Virus record (IMG/VR): IMGVR_UViG_3300032753_002463
Coordinates: 1-64,000 of that record
Length of the DNA: 64,000 bases
Strand: one strand, 5' to 3'
From: a virus
Position numbers and translations under genes: made by a program. The notes below the pieces were generated by a model. That model searched no databases and was not told the DNA's origin. It worked only from the letters and a program-made list of their open reading frames with translations. This document shows, one piece after another, positions 59,705 to 64,000 of this stretch. How positions within the stretch are numbered: the stretch's first letter is position 1; each line of letters opens with the position of its first letter.

Positions 59705-59939
59705 TATTATCAGGTTTAACAATATCAGACCATTCTAGATCAGTAGATTGCGGTTTGTTTTCCTTCTTGTCTGCTTTTAATTGCTTGTTATGGTTTTCTT
59801 GGAGATGTGCTTGATGAATAGCTTGTCCTGCTCTAATAGTCCTTTCTAATTGTTCAGACCATTGCTTAAAAGTAGGATCCTTTTTAACTAATCCAAATTT
59901 CCGGGCCATTTCTCTCCTTTGTCTTCTTGATGGTAACAT
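59691..59939 (-). CDS. hypothetical basic protein
   Basis: 82 aa, N-terminal SRRQRR motif. Confidence 0.7.
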   Translation of the reverse strand: MLPSRRQRREMARKFGLVKKDPTFKQWSEQLERTIRAGQAIHQAHLQENHNKQLKADKKENKPQSTDLEWSDIVKPDNNDSE

Positions 59940-59941
59940 AA

Positions 59942-60445
59942 TTATTTAGTTGAATTATTGTTTAAAAGTTTAAATTGAAAAGTCTTCAGAAAGAGACTGT
60001 GTATAATTGCATTATCACAGTCTAAGGCTTGCGATACTTTGACCAAACTGAAGTCCTCAATATTATCATTGTTTTCATTTTCTTCAGCAATTAAGCCGGT
60101 GATATTAACACTAAACGAAGGCATGCCAGAGGAGTCATAATTTGAGGATTCAATTAATCCAAGAAATTCCCATTTATCAGTTTCTTCCATACGAAATCCT
60201 GTTATCTCATTCAATCCTCTTTTAGCTGTTGAAAATATATCAGAGTCCTCGTCTGCAATATTAATCATTATTGGAATAAATGGTTCATTATCACCAATAA
60301 CACCAAGTTTATCAGGATATCCATTCTCAGAAACAGTATATGGTAAAATAAGAACATATTGCATAATATGTTCTAAATTATAAGTTACTCCATCAGAAGT
60401 AAGCTTAATCTGCTTGTCCTGGTATAGTGTTTTGAGTTCTAACAT
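59942..60445 (-). CDS. degenerate NUDIX-fold protein
   Basis: VLILPY...STAKRGLNEITGF...WEFLG; the Nudix box RELxEExG reads RGLNEITG. Confidence 0.5.
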   Translation of the reverse strand: MLELKTLYQDKQIKLTSDGVTYNLEHIMQYVLILPYTVSENGYPDKLGVIGDNEPFIPIMINIADEDSDIFSTAKRGLNEITGFRMEETDKWEFLGLIESSNYDSSGMPSFSVNITGLIAEENENNDNIEDFSLVKVSQALDCDNAIIHSLFLKTFQFKLLNNNSTK

Positions 60446-61022
60446 TTTTTACTGGAGTTATTTTTGCTAAATATATATCCTTTATAGCTTTTTTTAAAGC
60501 ATCCCTAACTACCTCGATATCAAGATCCTTTGTTACATAATCAATTATCTCGTCTTCTGCATTTTCAAAGCTAGATATTATTACATCCCATAAAGCTTTC
60601 TTAGGAAGATTTATTGTTAAATTAAGGTCAACATCTACCCAATTTTCTTTTTGTTTCTTTAAAAGAGATGCAATAGCAGATTCTTCTTTTACTATCGTGT
60701 GCAATTCACTCCTCCCAGCACGTTTTGATGTATTAGGTGCTTGTTTTGCAGGTTCAACTTTATCGAATGCGGTTTCATAAAAACCTTTTTCTACTTTTAC
60801 CATATATTCATCCAATAGTGCTAATGATATACGGCTTCCATCAGTAAAAACAAGATACTGTTGTCCATTAACTTCTATAACCTCTTTATAATGGTGTACA
60901 TATCCAACACTATCGCCCTTGATCCATTGGTATGAATAATTATCTAAATCGCTATGTGGATCCATATTACTATCTTTATTTGTGTTTCCCATGCCTAACA
61001 TTTTTTTTATCAGATTTATCAT
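60405..61022 (-). CDS. hypothetical protein
   Basis: 205 aa ORF. Confidence 0.7.
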   Translation of the reverse strand: MINLIKKMLGMGNTNKDSNMDPHSDLDNYSYQWIKGDSVGYVHHYKEVIEVNGQQYLVFTDGSRISLALLDEYMVKVEKGFYETAFDKVEPAKQAPNTSKRAGRSELHTIVKEESAIASLLKKQKENWVDVDLNLTINLPKKALWDVIISSFENAEDEIIDYVTKDLDIEVVRDALKKAIKDIYLAKITPVKNVRTQNTIPGQAD

Positions 61023-61024
61023 GG

Positions 61025-61282
61025 CTAATCCTCCTCTATTTTACAGATATAACCCTGCCCAATTAAATTTTTAACCCAATCTAAATAATCTTTACCTACT
61101 ATCCATCTTTTATCGGGCTTCTTCTTATTGACAATTTTCTCTGCTATTGCCAAATTGTCAAGAACTTTATCCGGATGCCTATAAATTTTCCATATTGTTC
61201 TTTTACCAGGACATGCTAAGTACAGATGTTTACCATATTCAGGAAGTTCAGGAAATTCTAATTCTATAGTCACATCTGGCAT
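61025..61282 (-). CDS. hypothetical protein
   Basis: 85 aa; preceded by GAAAT-N18-TATAAG. Confidence 0.65.
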   Translation of the reverse strand: MPDVTIELEFPELPEYGKHLYLACPGKRTIWKIYRHPDKVLDNLAIAEKIVNKKKPDKRWIVGKDYLDWVKNLIGQGYICKIEED

Positions 61283-61290
61283 TATATTTA

Positions 61291-61319
61291 CTTATATCAT
61301 GATTGATCAATAAGATTTC
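61291..61319 (-). promoter_or_regulatory. putative early/middle promoter GAAAT-N18-TATAAG
   Basis: Matches the recurrent motif; overlaps the GT2 stop codon. Confidence 0.5.
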
Positions 61320-62022
61320 AAGATCCCCACTTTTTAGAAAAAATATCTTGAGCTTCGTATGTAAGAGAATATAATTCCTTTTCGTTAGTAACTATTTCTT
61401 TTGTTGTTTTACCTATAATATTATTATGATGCTCTACAATAGAAGTAGTTACTATCATATGATCTATATGAAATTTTTGAAGTGTCATTGCATAATCATT
61501 ATCTGAATACCAATGAATAAAATTTTCGTCCAGGTCTCCTATTATATTATATATACTCCTTTTTTGAACAATACACCAACCAGAAATATGCTGTCTAATA
61601 ACATAACCTTTAATTAGTCCACTATTAATTTGTATACCATATTGAGGTTGGGTTTTTGGACAGATCGGACTGAATGAGAGGTAATTAGGATTATATTCAG
61701 AAGCCTGAAATATTTTCGATGCCCAATTCTTTTTAAAAATTAGATCATTGTTGCAAAGTGCAACAAATTCAGAAATACCTTTCTTCCTACCTAAATTTAG
61801 GTATTTATGATATCCATAAGATGTATCAGGTCTTATTGTTTCTATTGTCATATTTGGCTTATGATATCCTTCCCAATAAATGTCTGGCTGTGATTCGACT
61901 ACTACAACATTAAAGTTAACATCTTCCTCTGATTCACCTAAACTTATTAAACTATTAACAGTTAATTTATGGCAATTATTATTTTTTGCATAGCTTACTA
62001 TGACTACATCCATGTCTCTCAT
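61318..62022 (-). CDS. glycosyltransferase family 2 (GT-A)
   Basis: DVVIVSY, NVVVVES, YLNLG, LCNNDL, GWCIVQKRSIYNIIGDLDENF..WYSDND. Confidence 0.85.
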   Translation of the reverse strand: MRDMDVVIVSYAKNNNCHKLTVNSLISLGESEEDVNFNVVVVESQPDIYWEGYHKPNMTIETIRPDTSYGYHKYLNLGRKKGISEFVALCNNDLIFKKNWASKIFQASEYNPNYLSFSPICPKTQPQYGIQINSGLIKGYVIRQHISGWCIVQKRSIYNIIGDLDENFIHWYSDNDYAMTLQKFHIDHMIVTTSIVEHHNNIIGKTTKEIVTNEKELYSLTYEAQDIFSKKWGS

Positions 62023-62801
62023 TAGTCAAATTGTTTTTTTATAATTTCAGAAATAAGATAGGCTTCATTTGCCCATTTAATTCCATCATCGATGTGTAAT
62101 ATGGTCTCTTTATCCGAAAGAGACTTCTCGGGGGTAGTGTGTACCTCCATAAATATACCATCACCTCCAGATACAACTGCCTGCCTCATTAAAATTCTAG
62201 AGAGGGATTTATCTGATCCATGGGTTATTCCAGTAGATTGATTTGGTTTTTGTAAACTGTGTGTAGTATCTAAAATAACAGCGCATTGGCATGAATTCTT
62301 TAATCTTGGGATGGAAGTAGAATCTACTACTAAATCATTGTAACCAAAAGTAGTACCCCTTTCTGTAACCCAAACTGCAGAAGCCCCGGAAGATAATGCC
62401 TTTTCGACACTAAAAGCCATAGCTTCTGGACTCATAAATTGCCCTTTTTTAATATTAACTATCTTCCCTGTTTTACCAGCTGCAACAATTAGATCCGTTT
62501 GTCTACATAAAAAAGCTGGTATCTGAATAACATCAACAAAATCTAATTCTAATAGATCTTCAACCGTATGTATATCAGTACAAATTTGTAGATTATATGC
62601 TATTTTAATTTTTCTAAGAATATCTATACTTTCTTTATAAGGTAATCCGGAAAAACTTTTTATACTTGTTCTATTTGCTTTTTTAAAGCTCGCTTTAAAA
62701 TAGAAATTTATACCTAGGCTTAGATTATTTTTTAATCTTTTAGCGATAGACATTGTTATTTCTTCACTTTCTATTATACAGGGGCCTGCTATTAATTTCA
62801 T
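62022..62801 (-). CDS. kdsA: KDO 8-phosphate synthase
   Basis: IAGPCIIES, KASFKKANRTS, QIPAFLCRQTDL, NIKKGQF, ERGTTFGYNDLVVD, DTTHSLQ, FMEVH. Confidence 0.93.
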   Translation of the reverse strand: MKLIAGPCIIESEEITMSIAKRLKNNLSLGINFYFKASFKKANRTSIKSFSGLPYKESIDILRKIKIAYNLQICTDIHTVEDLLELDFVDVIQIPAFLCRQTDLIVAAGKTGKIVNIKKGQFMSPEAMAFSVEKALSSGASAVWVTERGTTFGYNDLVVDSTSIPRLKNSCQCAVILDTTHSLQKPNQSTGITHGSDKSLSRILMRQAVVSGGDGIFMEVHTTPEKSLSDKETILHIDDGIKWANEAYLISEIIKKQFD

Positions 62802-63379
62802 ATTTGCGTTGATTTTTTATACAAATAACCTCCATGGTGACGTTTAGAATAATCTTCTTTAGTAAATTCTATTTTTTCCATTAATCCAACTACAATTAAA
62901 TCACATATAATTGACATACATGTTGTCGATGTTGTAGGTGTTAACCCTAAAGGGCATATTTCATCTACTGGTCCATAAATAATAGAATAGTCACAAAGGG
63001 ACTGAATTTCTGAATCTGGGGATCCCACTAAAGCGTATATTTCTATAATTGGTTGTAGTTCTTTACAGAGATGTATGAATTCAATAACCTCTCGAGTTTT
63101 TCCAGAATTTGATATTACAATAACAATATCATTTTTATCAATCATTCCTAAATCTCCGTGCTGAGCTTCTGCAGGATGAATAAAAAAAGAAGGGGTCCCA
63201 GTAGAGCTTAATGTGGTTGCAAGAGTATGAGCAATCTGTCCAGCTTTGCCCATGCCGCAAGTAACTACCTTACCGCATCTACCAGGTATGGATAAAAGCT
63301 CGACTAATTTTTCTACTTGCTCTGTTGGGATTTTCTTAATAGCTTCTATTTCCTGATATATTAATTCCTTGAAGTTCAT
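62798..63379 (-). CDS. kdsD: arabinose-5-phosphate isomerase, SIS-only (no CBS domains)
   Basis: GMGKAG, TLSSTGTPSFFIHPAEAQHGDLG, ISNSGKTRE, CPLGLTPTTST, HHGG. Confidence 0.9.
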   Translation of the reverse strand: MNFKELIYQEIEAIKKIPTEQVEKLVELLSIPGRCGKVVTCGMGKAGQIAHTLATTLSSTGTPSFFIHPAEAQHGDLGMIDKNDIVIVISNSGKTREVIEFIHLCKELQPIIEIYALVGSPDSEIQSLCDYSIIYGPVDEICPLGLTPTTSTTCMSIICDLIVVGLMEKIEFTKEDYSKRHHGGYLYKKSTQI

Positions 63380-63384
63380 CTTTC

Positions 63385-63413
63385 ATTATACAAATAATCG
63401 GATAAAAAGTTAC
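63385..63413 (-). promoter_or_regulatory. putative early/middle promoter variant GTAAC-N18-TATAAT
   Basis: 5 nt upstream of the kdsD ATG. Confidence 0.5.
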
Positions 63414-63425
63414 AATTAAAAAAAA

Positions 63426-64000
63426 TTAGCGGACAGATTTAATGCCTTGTAATACATCCATCCAATGATCACACATTTCGTGCATCATTTCTTCAAATGT
63501 ATATACAGGTTCCCAATTTAATTGGCTTCTAATTTTAGTAGAATCTCCCCTTAGATATGGTAATTCTTCAGGACGAAGAAATTTAGAATTTTGAACGATA
63601 TAATTTTTATAATCTAATCCTAAATAAGAAAAAACAACATCACACATTTCCCTTACACTATGGGTTTCCATAGTAGAAACTACAAAATCATCAGCAACAT
63701 CATTGTTTATTATCATGTGCATTGCCCTAACGTAATCTTTGGAATGTCCCCAATCCCGATAAGAATCCATATTGCCTAATTCTAAACTAGTGGATAACCC
63801 CAATTTAATTTCACAAGCACCCTTCACAACTTTATTGGTAACAAAATTTGAACCTCTTCGCGGAGACTCATGATTAAATAAGATACCATTACATGCGTGT
63901 AAACCATATGCTCTTCTATAATGCCTAACTATATTATAGCCAAAAACCTTACTACATCCATAGGGGGATACAGGGTTCATTGGTGTTGATTCCCTTTGAA
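63426..64000 (-). CDS. gmd: GDP-mannose 4,6-dehydratase, C-terminal part (5' end outside the window)
   Basis: PVSPYGCSK (YxxxK), NGILFNHESPRRG, FVTNK, LGNMDSYRDWGH, RPEE..L.GD; frame open to the window edge. Confidence 0.93.
   Translation of the reverse strand, partial: QRESTPMNPVSPYGCSKVFGYNIVRHYRRAYGLHACNGILFNHESPRRGSNFVTNKVVKGACEIKLGLSTSLELGNMDSYRDWGHSKDYVRAMHMIINNDVADDFVVSTMETHSVREMCDVVFSYLGLDYKNYIVQNSKFLRPEELPYLRGDSTKIRSQLNWEPVYTFEEMMHEMCDHWMDVLQGIKSVR

Noticed and set aside
1-64000. Stop-codon recoding (TAG read as Gln) as in some Bacteroidota megaphages
   Set aside because: Coding density is high under the standard code, with ORFs up to 2530 aa, and TAG ends several complete-looking genes (e.g. 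at 2384, 10701, 13014, 22451, 50086)
1-64000. tRNA or other structured RNA genes
   Set aside because: Intergenic gaps are short and AT-rich and no cloverleaf or T-loop pattern was seen by eye; tRNAscan-SE and Infernal would be needed to exclude them

Overview
AT-rich segment of a large T4-like (contractile-tailed) phage genome, almost all on the minus strand and read with the standard genetic code. Left to right: 5' part of a family B DNA polymerase; a small cassette encoding an Hc1 histone-H1-like protein and a DUF4494-like protein; a MoxR-like AAA+ ATPase with a metallopeptidase-vWA partner; UvsW, UvsY, primase, gp32 SSB and a RuvC-like resolvase; about 45 kb of tail, baseplate and neck genes (gp3-, gp6-, gp25-, gp13-, gp5-, gp27-, gp53-, gp48/54-like, a collagen/S74 tail fibre, and several very large virion proteins); and the end of a sugar cluster (GT2, KdsA, KdsD, Gmd). 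The structural block is interrupted by phoH, a GIY-YIG homing endonuclease (a second follows the primase), a kinase, an amidoligase-like protein, a gp21 protease-like paralog and a four-domain ribosomal protein S1. A Bacteroidota host is inferred from Hc1, DUF4494 and A-rich translation starts lacking Shine-Dalgarno motifs. Main observations: two recurrent promoter motifs (GAAAY-N17-19-TATAAN and GATATATA); several enzyme homologs missing catalytic residues; candidate head-packaged proteins including a kinase; phage-encoded Kdo synthesis together with a recurrent G-x-T-G motif in virion proteins; a 23/46-aa repeat in a tube-fold protein; and a candidate unconventional spanin. All family calls come from motif recognition by eye; no searches were run.
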